From: Zygnema circumcarinatum SAG 698-1b
Lineage: Eukaryota > Plantae > Zygnematophyceae
Length of the DNA: 64,000 bases
NCBI GenBank assembly: GCA_037447605.1
Contig: CM074809.1
Coordinates: forward strand, 1,292,689-1,356,688
Direction: 5' to 3'
Shown: positions 43,554-56,272 of the stretch, piece by piece
Numbering within the stretch: the first letter of the stretch is position 1
Layout: every line of letters starts with the position of its first letter
Position numbers and translations under genes: made by a program
The notes under the pieces: generated by a model
Databases searched by the model: none
Seen by the model: the letters and a program-made list of their open reading frames with translations, nothing else
What the model was told of the DNA's origin: nothing

Positions 43554-46479
43554 ATGCTAATGCTGCCCTGCATGGCCGCGTTTCAGGCGTTTGGATGCAT
43601 GAGCCCAATTCGGCATACAGTGCTGCAACTAGCAAAGCCTCTGCCCAAAGATCTTGAATTGGCGCACTTCCATCATCTCCTTCCAAACAATCTCCAACCA
43701 AAATCGCTTTGTTTGCAACCCTTCTGTTCCCTCAGTTTAGCATCCCGTTCATCACCAGGAAACCTTAGCAAGGCAAACCCGTTCGATAGAGGCTCACACT
43801 GTAAGGTGCTGCCAACGTACACGACGTACTTCTGTAGCTCAAGGCTGGTCGGTGGCCATGGGCAGCGTCCAAACTTATCATGCTCTTCAGTTTATGAGTT
43901 GTACCGGAATCATCATGCCCCAAAACATAGCTTAAGTACCGCCGTCCAAGCCTTCGTGGGGAAGTCAACTTCAATTTTTCAAGAAAGTCGTCCTTTATGT
44001 ATACAAAATTTGAGATTCAACTTTAGACGGTCCCTTCGCAATGACCTTGGTAAGTTCTACAACACTGCGTTCAACGAATGCAGATGCAAACCTATAAGCT
44101 CTATACAGTTTAGAATAATTAGAGTCGTTTTTTTGAAGGGCATTGTCCACGGGTGAGCACAAGTGGTTAACTATAAGTCTTGTGAATTCACGCTTGGTTA
44201 CGGGTCACGATTGAAGCTGTTGAAGCTGTCGCTTCACATAATTGATGTACAGCTGATTATGTCTTCCATGTCACTTTCCGTCCGCAGGTCCCGTTGTATG
44301 TCTATTGAAGGCAAAAACAAGGACTACTAAGGCGACCCGGAAAACAATAGTGATAGAGGAAAATGAATCTGAATCTGCATCAGCCATTGATGTGCTACAA
44401 GCGGGAGAGGAAGACGTGGAACAATCTGATGGGTTTTTCGCTGCATTCGAGATGGCAGAGTTAACTGCTGATACTATTCCTTTAGCAGAAAGTGAAACTC
44501 CATTAACGGATGCACCTTTGGTGATTGGAATCGACCCCGACTTGAATGGGGCTCTTGCCGTTTTAAGACCGAATAGCATGGGGACTCTTGCAGAGGTGAC
44601 AACTTGGCACGACATAAATTACCTGTCGGTCTCCAAAGTTTTGAAGCAGACTAAAACTACTATTGCTCCTTATCCCTGTTTTTGTAGGTGGTGGATGTGC
44701 CTTGCATTACAGTGAAGGTTGGGAAGACCATGCGACGGCGGCATGATGCCGTTTCAATAGCAGGAATTTTGCGCCAGCTTGAGCCTCCAACAGGTGCGTC
44801 TGGTTTTCATTTCCGGAAGTGTGCTCCGTCTATCCAGTTGCTTTGTTTTCAAATCGACACAAGGAACTTTGTGGAAGCAGATGCACATGTGAAGCAGTGA
44901 CACTTGTAATGGAGGAGAAAAGAATTTCCCTACGAACTTGTTTGGTCGGTCTGTGTGAAGGTGAATGTCATTTGCATTGTTTGCGTTGTGAGATTGGAAT
45001 GTCGTTTCGAATGCTGTTGTGAAGAATCACTGCAAAACTGCTCTTTTCTTGCTGTTTTTCAATGCGCAGCATCTGTTTTTTATGACGCAGGCAGTATGGC
45101 ATATCTTGAGCAGCCTACTCCCTTCCCCAAAGACGGAAAGCAGGTGTGAGTCTTTCCATCTCTTAAAACTAAGCAATTCTTCAGAGAAGCATTGTGTCTG
45201 GACTATGACGCAACAGCGCCAGATTTTAGTGGGTTTGCTCACATAACGTGCCTTGGACTGCAATGGGGACGTTTCTTCACATTCAGGGCTTCACATTACC
45301 TTCAAAACATTTTGCATTTTAAAGTAAAGGACGTTTAGAAGTGTGAAATCAATAGTTGTGTGCCAAAAGCTAAAGGAGCCTTTAACTGCCAGCAGATTGG
45401 ACCCCCCATGTGATGACCTATCTTCAAACGAGAGCCTTTTTACATGAGTGGATTCAGCTATTTCACATAAAAACGCTTCAGATTGGAACGAAAACAATAG
45501 ATTGCAGTACATGAAACGGTTGCCATGCTCCCTGAATGTATCAAGTTCACAGATAGGTTAGGCTTCTCCTATTGATCGTTGAGGTAGAGTTTCTGACCAC
45601 TTCATAGAAGACTCCTTCAAGAAACACAGCCTGATATTACTCTTTGTTGAGGGGGATTCTTTCTGCAGGGATGGTACAGCTCAGGATTTGGATATGGCGT
45701 GTGGATCGGCATACTCGCAACTCTTGGCTTTTCCATCGTGCCAGTGCCGGCGGCGACCTGGAAGAGAGCTTTGGGCTTGACCGGCTGTCTATCTCCGAAG
45801 GTAAGTGGCTCTTCAAACTGCTCTTTTCCACTGCCCGCCTTTTCGTGTTCTGATGCCGACCTAAGTGCCTGCCCTACTGCTCCTGTTCAATATTTCGCCT
45901 TCGTGGTGGGAGCAGAAAGCTGCCTATACCGGACCACCATTCCATTCTTTTGGGCAGCGTTTGTTTCTGGTTGACAGGACGAAAGCAGAATACTGGCAGC
46001 ATCGATTTTTCCCTCGGTGGCTTCAAAGCTCAAGCGCAAGAAGGATCATGGTGAAGTCCCCTTTCAACCTGTGGCGACTTAGTTTCTATCATGTAAAGCC
46101 AATTGGCAGCCGAATGAGTCCGGCTGTTCTGGAGATAGCAATAGTCGTGGAGCTTGCTCTTGTGAAATTTATACGGAGTTGCTTCTCGTGAGATGCAGCA
46201 CGGCCACTTTGCTTCTGTGTCTGGAGATGTGTGCTTGGAAGGGCCAGTCAGTCAGTCATTGTCAGAGGTTTGGTCCATGCCCGTAGTCAAGAGTGCTGCC
46301 TTAGTCAGCACATGCCGGTCCTGTACCCGCCCGTCCGCTAACAGAGCGGCGTGGGGTTGCCCGGGCGGTCTCGGTCCGGCGGTGCAGGCAGGGCGGAGGC
46401 CCTCCTCATCGCGGCGTGGGGCCGCGGCGTGCGCAACAACTGCGCGCTGGACGAGGACCGCACTCGGCCGCTCCGCTGA
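43554..46479 (+). CDS. MOC1: Organellar Holliday junction resolvase MOC1 (RuvC-like); N-terminal exons uncertain
   Basis: [15 protein letters not shown]|[16 protein letters not shown]|[15 protein letters not shown]|[28 protein letters not shown]|[19 protein letters not shown]|[12 protein letters not shown]. The RuvC catalytic D, E, D, E positions are present. Confidence 0.9.
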
Positions 46480-46491
46480 CCCGCCGCCGCT

Positions 46492-46584
46492 GCTTCTTCT
46501 TCTTCTTCTTCTTCTTCTGCATGCACGCATGCATGCATGTGCATGCATGTGCATGGATGGATGGATGGATGGATGGATGGATGG
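46492..46584. repeat. Stacked microsatellites (CTT)n, CATG-rich, (GGAT)n downstream of the MOC1 stop
   Basis: Directly visible in the sequence. Confidence 0.85.
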
Positions 46585-47745
46585 ACGTGGCCGGGCGAGC
46601 CCATCATTCTGCTGTCGCCTGCAGGCGATGCTTTGAATGGCTGCCGTATTTTATCTTTTAAGTCTTATCTTTACTTTTGGTGCCGTCTTTTTATGAGCTC
46701 AGAATGAGACCTCCCTCCTCCATCATCTGTAAGTCGCGGTGACCCGTCCTTGAATCCTAGTGGTTTTTGAATCCCAGCCTTGAAGGAGAACGGATTCAGT
46801 GAAGGGTAACGCAACGCTGCTGTCCAACTTAAAGAAAAGCCTGTCCAGTTCCAGCAGCTGTTGAACGTTACTCTCTATGTGAATACCAACAAGTCTTCAT
46901 GCAGTTCCGTTCCCCTTAACTTTTAACGGCGCATGTAAACCTGTCGCCCAGGGCGGCTATCGACCAATAGATCTGGCGAGAGAAACCCAGTGGCCGCCGA
47001 AAAACCAGCTCGAAAAAATAAAAACAAAAATCGAGGCGGTATTCGAACCGACCTTTCAAATCTTCATTCAATTTCCGCTCCCACTTCCAACGACCAAAAA
47101 AGTGCCAGGCTGGGAAATCCTCTCATCTGCCCAGCTGGCGCCGCCACGTGTCACAATCGACGGTCGTCCCACGTCCCGGAGATCCGCCCTCCTCCGCCAC
47201 CGCGCGCTGATTGGTCCGTAGGCCGCCAAAAATTTGATTTTCTTCCGCGACCCGCGGGCTGACGTCACGCCAAACTTGCTCCCAATCTCCGCCGCGATTT
47301 CTGCTGCCAGCCACTTTTCGTACGGGTAGCCCATCCGTACCCTACGGTGTCGTGTTCTCCGTACATGTCCGTACGCATCCGTCTGGAGACATTGGAGCGC
47401 CCCCGGCCTCGGCGACCTCACTGACGCTTTTGCTCCCTCTCCGTCTGTGCCTGTCCCTCTCCTTCTCTCTCTCCCTCGCCCTCTACGGCTCGCCGGCCTC
47501 TCTCGCCCTCCCTCCCTCTTCCCTCCGTGCAGGGCTGCACCTGCTCAGGGATCTTCATGAGAGGCAAGAGTTTCGAAAGGAGCGAGCTGGTAGCATTCAG
47601 GAGCTTATGGATTCAGCCTAGCTGCTCGGTGTCGTGCTAGCAGCAGTGGGAGGTACCGGGGAGGTAGCCGGGAAGCGAGTAGGTGTGAAGGTCTGCGGAG
47701 GTTTGGGAAAGGGGAATGTTGTTTTAGGAAGGTGGTTATAATACA

Positions 47746-50700
47746 ATGTCTGTACGGAATAGATGGAGAAGAAGCGGAAGCAGCAAGAGGAGGAGTTGGA
47801 AATGTGTTCAAGGAATCCTTAGTATAGTGCTCCTGCTGCACCTCCCTTTGTTTAGCAAAAATCAAGGGCGAGTTGCCGCTCAGAATGCACCTATAGCGCC
47901 GGCATTGGCACCATTGCCCTCGTCTTCCCCTCCGCCAACTGGTCCTCCACCTCCGCCGACCCAAATTACTAATGGAGTAGAAGTGACATCTACTATTCGC
48001 TTTTCAGGGGCCAATCTGACTGCGCTTACTGAATCTGCTACTAAGTATACAGAGTTACAGGTGAGCTTTCGTCTGAGTTCATATGTACGACTAAGGGTTG
48101 TCCTGTGTTTGCATTGTCTGTGTAATAGTGAGCGTCGTGAGTTTGGATATCTTCTTTCGGTCTGAAAATGATGAAGGGTGTACCGAGCCTTTTTTGCAGA
48201 CAAATTTTAAAGACAGACTTATTTTATCTGCGCAAAGCACAGGCTACACTGGCCAGTTGCAGGTGTGTTCGCGTGCCCAACATTACTGTGAAGAGTTTTA
48301 CCGTCTATATTCCCAGGCCTTAAATCCAGTTAGTCTTGGGGAAGGCTTGTACAGGACTGGTCCTTATCAGGCCTAAACCTGCCAAGGAGAATTGAGAGGT
48401 GTATTTAGCTCCCCCTGATTTTGCGAGCTGCATCTCCCACATTTCGGACATTCCCTGCATTAGTTATCTAGTGTATGGGTTTCAAAACGATGAGCCAGCA
48501 CGCGTTTGGAAGGCGCTTGCTTTGTTGGTCCATCTTTAAGTTGGAACGCTACCATCTGCCGCAACCCTAGCGCGGTACTTCGTGATCGACCTTTGGAACA
48601 TTGACAGAGTCGTTTGCATTACAGAGAAAAAGTTTCGAAGTTCCTTTTCGGGCACCGTTGCGGTTTGTGCAGGCTGCAACCGTATTAATGACTTCCTTGT
48701 GTTCGTGCTAATGCAGGTTCGCATAGATGCCATAAAGACAGGGGGCCTGACAGTTGACTCGACAACATGGTTCATGCAAGCCACCACTTTTGACCAGCCA
48801 CAAGTATTTGCTGACATTTTAATGTGCGTCCTGTGACTTAATCCATTCTGTCCTATGGTCAAGTACTGCCAGCCTTGGTTGCACCTGCTCTACTGCGTTT
48901 CTCATTTGGCTTGTCGCTTTCTCATTTCTGAGGTGCACATGGAAAACCCACTGCTTGGCATTTTAGCAAGGCTGCGCAGTTGCTTACAAAGATGAGCCTT
49001 GTTTAGCTTGTTCAAGAAGAGGTCCAATCTTCGCGCACCATTTTTCTACCTATTTCAGTAAAGCACCGTTAATTCAAAGCAGGGGCAATGACATTCTGCA
49101 TGAATTGATTGGAATCTCTTTTTTGCAGAAAAAATGTGGCAGTGGTTTTTGCCAGCAGTTCGTATTTTATCGGTTTACCTTCAGGTCAAATCACTTCATC
49201 TAATGTGACCGTAGCCCCCGCAGCTTCTACTGGATCAACATCAAGTTCTGGCGGGGTATCGCTGGTCGTATGGGTGGTGGTGGGTCTTGGAGCCGCACTA
49301 GTTTTCGCAGTAATCTGCATTCTCTTCATTCGTTACAGTGTGTTTCTCTCTCCTCCTCTGCTCATTTTTCTGTTCGCGATGATTCATGTGTTTTTTACAA
49401 ATGAGACATCCCTGTTCATAATCGTCCAGACTAAGAATTGAGGCTCAGTGTGTAGAGTCTGTGAATGGATTCGTTGTTTTTGAAACTTGTCTGGTTCAGC
49501 TTAGGCGCGTGAATAGAGCGTCTGTAACTGATGAAGGGATACATTTTCTGAGTGCCAATGCGCGGTGGCATGCTCAAGAAATGAGGTTGCTGAAGTGTTT
49601 TCTTTTCATGGTATTGCAGGCCTTCGCAAAGAGGATGACTTTATCCACACGCCGTAAGATTTCGTTTTCCTTTTCTCTGCTCCTCCCCTAGCCTTGTTTC
49701 AGATTCAGGCAAAAAGGAACTTGAAAATGAAACAGGCAGTCTCACAGTTCCCAAATTAGGCTGTGAATCGTAACCTTGCAAAGTTGCAAAGCTTTGACTT
49801 AGCTGAAGACACATAATGCTTGAAAATTGCCCGTCCGTGTCGCCCTTTCGCGCAGATACATCTTTACTAAGGACGGAGAGTTCAAATTCATTTCACTGAA
49901 AACAAATTTGGGGGATGGTGGCCATTGTCTGAAATTGGCATTTAAGCAAACCTCTGGAATCATGCTAAGAAAATATTTAATTGAATGACATATGTTTTCT
50001 AGTCTCTATTAAACAAAAATTGAACTAGGGAATTTACTTCCAATATTCCTTTTGTCTACACAGAACTTTTTGTTTGAAGTCTAAGTGAATCTTCCGGCTT
50101 CGAAATGGCAGAGGACCTGCTGCCTTTGGGCAGGCAGACTTTTTTCTTGCTGGAATTTCTCACGCACAGAAGTTTGCCGTTTGCCTTCCATTTTTCCCCT
50201 TTTGATGATCCTTAGGAGGGTTAGAGAGATTTGAGGGAATCCTGATTTCACCGTCCTTTGTTCAACCAAGTACCGCGGTCTTGCTGAAGCACTGAATCGA
50301 AAACATTGTCTCAAAGATCAGGTTCACTATAGAGTATGGTTGTAGCCTTGCTACAGACCATTGGCCTCTCCATACGTGTCAAGTCAGATGTCCTTTGAGC
50401 TCGAATAGAGACCGAAATGGCTAGTGGGCTCGTTTGATTTGCGACATGTGGGACTTGATATCATTACTTGATTTTCTTCCTCCAGACATATTTGTAGCTT
50501 GGTATGGAACCACACAGGCATTGAGTCTATTAGTGTTTGCTGATTTGGTGGCCGCAGAATGGTCGAGGATGGAGATGATATGATTGACTATGATCCGGAG
50601 GAAGCGTATGCCCAGGTATGAAGAATGATCCACTTGGAAGAATCCCCTTTCTGGCTACTCCTACAGAAATCCATTCGTGTGCGCTAGTTCCATTAAAATA

Positions 50701-53700
50701 TTTTTCTTTCATCAGACGAAGTGGAGGAAAGCAGGTTGATTGCCCAGTGTCGACTGGTAGTTGTTATTTTGCTGAATTTGAATCTTTCAGAGTAGTCGAA
50801 CATCATATTACTGCTGTAGTCGATGAACCAGTGGTCCTTCAATAAAACGTAACGCATATCAAGATATTCTAATTCTTTAGAGTATTTGGTTCGGAAATGA
50901 ATTGTTTTTGTATTGGTTATTTCTCGCTTTTGCTCAGTCTTTACGAACTGAGATCAGTTTGGCATTAGACCAGATTGGGTGCAAGTCTCTTTAAACTGTT
51001 GAAGGAACTGTTTGCAAAAAGCTCAATATGATTTTCCTCATAATTCTGAACCTTCAGTTTCAAAAGAACGCGCGACCAATTTTTGACTGCATAAAATAGC
51101 GCCAAACTGTGAGAGTTAGCACAACTGAAGTTCAGGATGGATATGGGTGATGGTCTGAGCAGCTTGTGGCAGAAGCTCAAGGGTATGAGCGGCAACATCC
51201 GCAAGACGAGCTGCCTGATGCGGAGAAGATCAGCATGCCCGCAATGCCGGAAGAGTCACCTTGGCACCCTGCTCATAAACCCAACATCAGAGGTCCACGG
51301 AGCATGTTTCCCGGCCGAAGAAAGGCTACATCTGGACCGATCATGTTTACTACGTGAGCTGCTTGTCACGGGGACTGCTGGGCTTGCTTGCTCTCATGCA
51401 GCGCTGTCCAGTTTGGCTCTCTATGTATGTTTTTTTCTGCAAATGAAGTGGTATATTTCTTACAGGCAGAGATGGGGAGAATGGGGTGATACATGCAGTG
51501 ATACTCCCGACTCCCGCAGTGGCCCTGTGGCTGGGAAGTCTCCCTTTGAGCCGGCTGCACCTACCGATGCTCTCGCAGGCGGAGCACCCAATCGGCTGCG
51601 ATCCCTCATTCGATCGATTTCAGGACCCGTCAAGGTGCTCTTCTGAACCCTTTAAAGAAACCTGCACACGATTGAGCTGAAATTTGTGCTTGCAGTGGGA
51701 CATCTCAACATTCAGAAAGCAAAATTTGGGACCTGCCGTAGCCTCTTGCAGCCAGTTACCCAAAAAAACCTAGCAATGTCAGCAGCAGGGAATCCACGGA
51801 AGATAAAGTTACAACTTCATAGCACAAACTTTTCACAATCAACTGACTATCTTCATGTAAAGTTGAATCCAAGGCTGCTGTTGAACAAATCTGATGCTCC
51901 TATCCCTTATCTTCATTAAAACACTCGTGCAGGTTGTATGGCCGAGCCCTCCTCCGACGGGAGGAGGTCTTCAACCCAGCAACCGAGCTGCTTCGGGAAA
52001 CTGGTCGGGTCTTTTAGGGGGGCGTTGGTCCGGCGCATTGGCACAACCCCAACGTCCTTCCTCAGCTTCATCAAGAAGGTTTTCGGGGCCAATGGATGGG
52101 TCGACAGGCAGCAGCAGAAGAGGTGCAGCACTCTCGTCCTTCCCTGCATGAAGTCTTTTGGACGACTCTCTTTCCCAGGCACACTTTCCTACTTCCAGCA
52201 TTTTGTTGTTGCACGGTATCGCTTCATCTGCAAAGTGTATTCATTTAACAGAGCTCGTTGAGAGCGGACTGCGGTCTTAGAGTTGAGATCATGGGTAAGA
52301 TCCGTGATGAGTTCTTTTGAGGAATTCAGCTAAGGTTCAACTTTCAAACTAAAACTGCGCAGGAGGAGGTATCGGAGATGTACCCACTTTTGATGGAAGT
52401 GAGAAGTCCGTACCCGGATCGGCAGCGAAGGTTTGGCTTCTGAGCCTCTCACGTCTGCAGTTGATGGCAAACACTTGTTTGGCTCATCCATCCTTCTTTT
52501 CTATGATCCATATCATAGTTTCGAGTAGAGTCCACAAACCAAATGCACTATTGTTTATGTCACTGCCATTGCCGGAAACTGCCGACCAATGCTCCGTGGT
52601 ATCTGTACAAGTCATACTTGTAGAAAACAGTGTCAGAAGATCATATAAAGGTGTCTTGGATTCCACTCCGTAGTGCTTTCTCTGAGCTCAATTGGGAACT
52701 TGCACTGTTCTCACTTGTAGTGCCACTCGTATGTGGAGTCCAGGTGCCCCCTCGCCCTCCTCCATCAGTTAGTGCGGGAAGCACAGATTCCCCTGCTCCA
52801 CGTCGCTTCTACTCGGGACCTCTCTCTCTTTTCTCAAGTCCGGGACACGCCGAGTGAGCTTCACATCCTTCTATGCATGTCCCTTGTTGCAATTGCTCAC
52901 ATTCGCTTGTCCCCCTGGTGGCACCAATTCTCAAAGCTTTCATGTTGGCACAGGATTAGTGTTGTTGCTAGACCTAAGATGTGCAGCTCTGCAGTGTTGA
53001 GGAATCAAGAAAACTTGGTTACAGATCACGGTTTTGAATTCTGGAATAGACTGCCTCTCATATCAAATCTCAACCGAGCTCTGACCTCACGACTAGCCAC
53101 CAACTGCTCATCAAGTGCTTCTTGTTTGATGTGTTGTGGGCCATGTATGACCTTTCACAGTTCTACGACACCGCTCCCAGAAGCAGATGGTAAGTTCTAC
53201 TCAATTTCCTTCTGTTCCCCGCCACCCTCCTATGCTGAAAGAGCTGCCATGCATTTTCTTTCTGCTCTCTCCTTGTTGTATGTGCATGCATATGCAGCTA
53301 TATCAACCTGTGGTTGCTCTTTTGACCTTCGTGCTTTCAGCCCAACACACGGAAGATACTTTAATTTGTAAAGTATCTTTTGTAAAGTATCTTTTGTACA
53401 TTTGTTGCGTGAGCTGCGTCCTCGTTCTCACTTGACATTCATTGCTTCTGTCGTCTGCAGTGTCTCCTCTCTTCGTCCCGGGGCAGAGGCACGACTCCGC
53501 CGTAGACCCTCCTGAGCCAATGGCGATGCTGCGTTCTGACAGCCACAAGTGGGGGAGAGGCTCCGGCCCCTTCAGAGACTTGAGGTTCACTTCGGGCCCT
53601 CTCAACTCCAATGACCCACAGTCGGTGGGAGAGAGAGACAGCAGCTCCAGTCTGGCCCAAATGAGGAGGCCTCCCCCCCAGTACATGGCCGCACAGTTGG

Positions 53701-53942
53701 CGGCAGTCTCCAACAGCACGCCGGGAGGCGGCAGCGGGAGAGGCGAAGCCGCGGGCACACCCTCGTCCCAGCTGCCGACTAATTCGCAGGAGATGCGCTA
53801 CTCTGGGAGGCTGGGGGGAGGGGCTGGGTGGGGAGGGGGGGGGCTCAGGAGGGAAAGTTCGGGGCCCGTGAATATGGGAAGCTATATCCCGCCACGGAAT
53901 GTGAATCAAAAGCATGTGTCAGGTCCTGTTTATTTTGCATAA
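47746..53942 (+). CDS. Unknown type I single-pass membrane protein: signal peptide, Pro-rich stalk, small ectodomain, TM, long disordered cytoplasmic tail with repeated SGP[VILM] motifs
   Basis: Hydrophobic ILSIVLLLHLPLF followed by VAA|QNAP; APALAPLPSSSPPPTGPPPPPT; TM VSLVVWVVVGLGAALVFAVICILFI. Later exons join via GT-AG and carry the SGP motifs. Some middle exons (49.7-51.1 kb) are tentative. Confidence 0.7.
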
Positions 53943-56272
53943 ATGGCATAGGATGGGAGGGGATTGGGGGGGGGGGGGGGAGGTAGGCTAGTAGGCCTTG
54001 TCCTTCTCAGAGCTTAAATTAGATATGTAAACAGAGTTAACTTGGCAGTGTTGCTTCAAATTAAAATTTATTTATTGGCAGGGCGTACTTTGGCGGTAAG
54101 AAGAAGTCTGGGGAGGTGGTGTGATTCAGCAAGTCGCAAATAATGCAGAAATTTTGGGCACTGTCGGTTTGTCCTGGCAGCTGGCCCTGTCGGCGGCCTT
54201 CATAGGCATAATGTTGACCTTTTTTTTTTTGTTTATTTTTTATCCTGAAATTTCCTTCTGCAATGCATTTTCAAATCTCTTATTGCCGAAAATCCTCAAA
54301 ATATGTATCGCCATCTTATTCTGAAAATTCGTTACACAGTGTGGCGTCGTTACACCGGGTTATGCAATCGGCGGATGTACCGCATTACGAGGGAGGGAAG
54401 GATGGAGAGATATTGGGAGCGAGGTGACGCAGACAGTGCGGCGAGGGGGGGGGAGGGAGAGAGGGAATCTTGTGTTAGACTGTTAGTCAGCAAGTTATTT
54501 CTGGTATTACTGGTCACCTTAATGTGTTAATTACGGTGCTGGTTGTTACTGGTATAAGCAATTGAATCACTTCAGCGACTCCCCAACGATGATAATAAGT
54601 AGCGACCACCACCGCATGGGAGGCCGCCCAACTCGGCCCTGCCGGGACGAGGACACACGCATCCGAAAGGCTCGAGAGCGGAGGGCAGACTGAAGACACT
54701 CGCTGCAGTGCAACCAACGCCAACGGTTGGTCCCTACAGCTGTTGTTGAAGCCCAATAACAAGCCGTTTATCTTGAAACACAAGCGTCTCAGAGGGAAGA
54801 AGAGATTGCGTGGGAGAGAGAGAGAGAGAGAGAGATGCAGTCTGAGAAGCGGTCCTCCATTTTTCGAAGCTAAAGGTTTGCGCACACATGAGTTCTCGTC
54901 TTTGTCCTGTCCATGCAGAAAGATTTTTCCTCCCATTGCCATCTGTCCCATGCTCCCGGATGCGCACCATGGTCGCTTTCACTTATCCTAAGTTCAGTCT
55001 CTCGAAACATTGAACATTGAATAGAATAAGAATTTAATTTAATAACAATAATTTGCTAATTTTGACTTCCCCAATTTCGCCAACTCTGCGAGGCCCACCA
55101 TTGTTGGACAGACTGGTTCAACTGTCACCATGCTCACCTGTGCAGCGTATTTGTGCCCACTTCTGTGGTTCAGTCCGTAGAGCCCCGCGGCCTTCACGCT
55201 TGACTGCGTCTCCATGCGAAATATTTCTCGTTGAAATTAACTGTAAGAAAATTTAGCGGTCGCATAGTGAAATCTGGCTGAATTGAACGGATCATAAGGT
55301 GACACGTCAACAATCATACACGTGGTACTCTATAGTTGGACAGTACGAGCTCACATGGAAAATTGTACTGTATGAACAGATTTTTTTTTGCGAGCCAAGC
55401 TGGTTGAATCACGTGTGGATACGCGGCAATGGAACAAGTGGACAACCGTTGGTTTCCAAATTCTTTGAGCCGTCCGGCTAGCTGGCAGCTGTCCGGGCGG
55501 GAGATCTTGTCGTTCAGCTGCCGGACAGCCGCACGGTGCGGCGGGATCCCCGCAAAATTGTCGGTGCCGCCCGGCGGAGAGTGTCGGCGCTCAGTACGAG
55601 GTCGGTTGGGACATCGGTCAAGGAAAATTTCCTAAGTCGAATAATAGAACGAGTACTCCTAAGTATCACGATCGACCCGCAGCGGAGTACCGTACTATAT
55701 TACTTCGCAACTTTTCGCCAACTTTTCGTACGAATTTGGTAAGTCTGACATGTGTAGCCAGTCTGCAACTGGAACGGGGAACGGCAACGGACCTGTGCCA
55801 TAACGGCCGCTCCATGTGGCCATGCGCCGGCCAGCTGGCACCGACCACTTCGGCCCGGCCTGTACTGTAAGTCCGCCCCGCAAACGACAAACGCGCCCGC
55901 CCGCCCGCAACGTGCAGCGCGCCGGGTCGTGACGACACGTGGAAGCAGATGATTCGTCCACCTGAAATGCAGGGTCGACCTTACAGTCCGCCTGCACGAC
56001 GGGGCAGACGACGTCGCACGTTGCGCTGAGGGAGGGAGAGGGAGAGAGGGCGGCCATGGCGGGCGGGCAGGGAGAGCCAAGGGAGCAGAGCCTGCCTGCC
56101 GGGGGACGTGAGAAGGAAGGAGAGAGGCCGGCGGGGAGGACGGGAGAGGGAAGAGGGGAGAGGGGAGGGTGGGAAGAGAAGAGGGGGGAGGAAGGAAAAG
56201 AGGAAGGGAGAGAGGAGGGGGAAGAAAGAGAGGGAAGGGGGGGAGCGACCAGAGGGCACTTCAGCATCTGCC

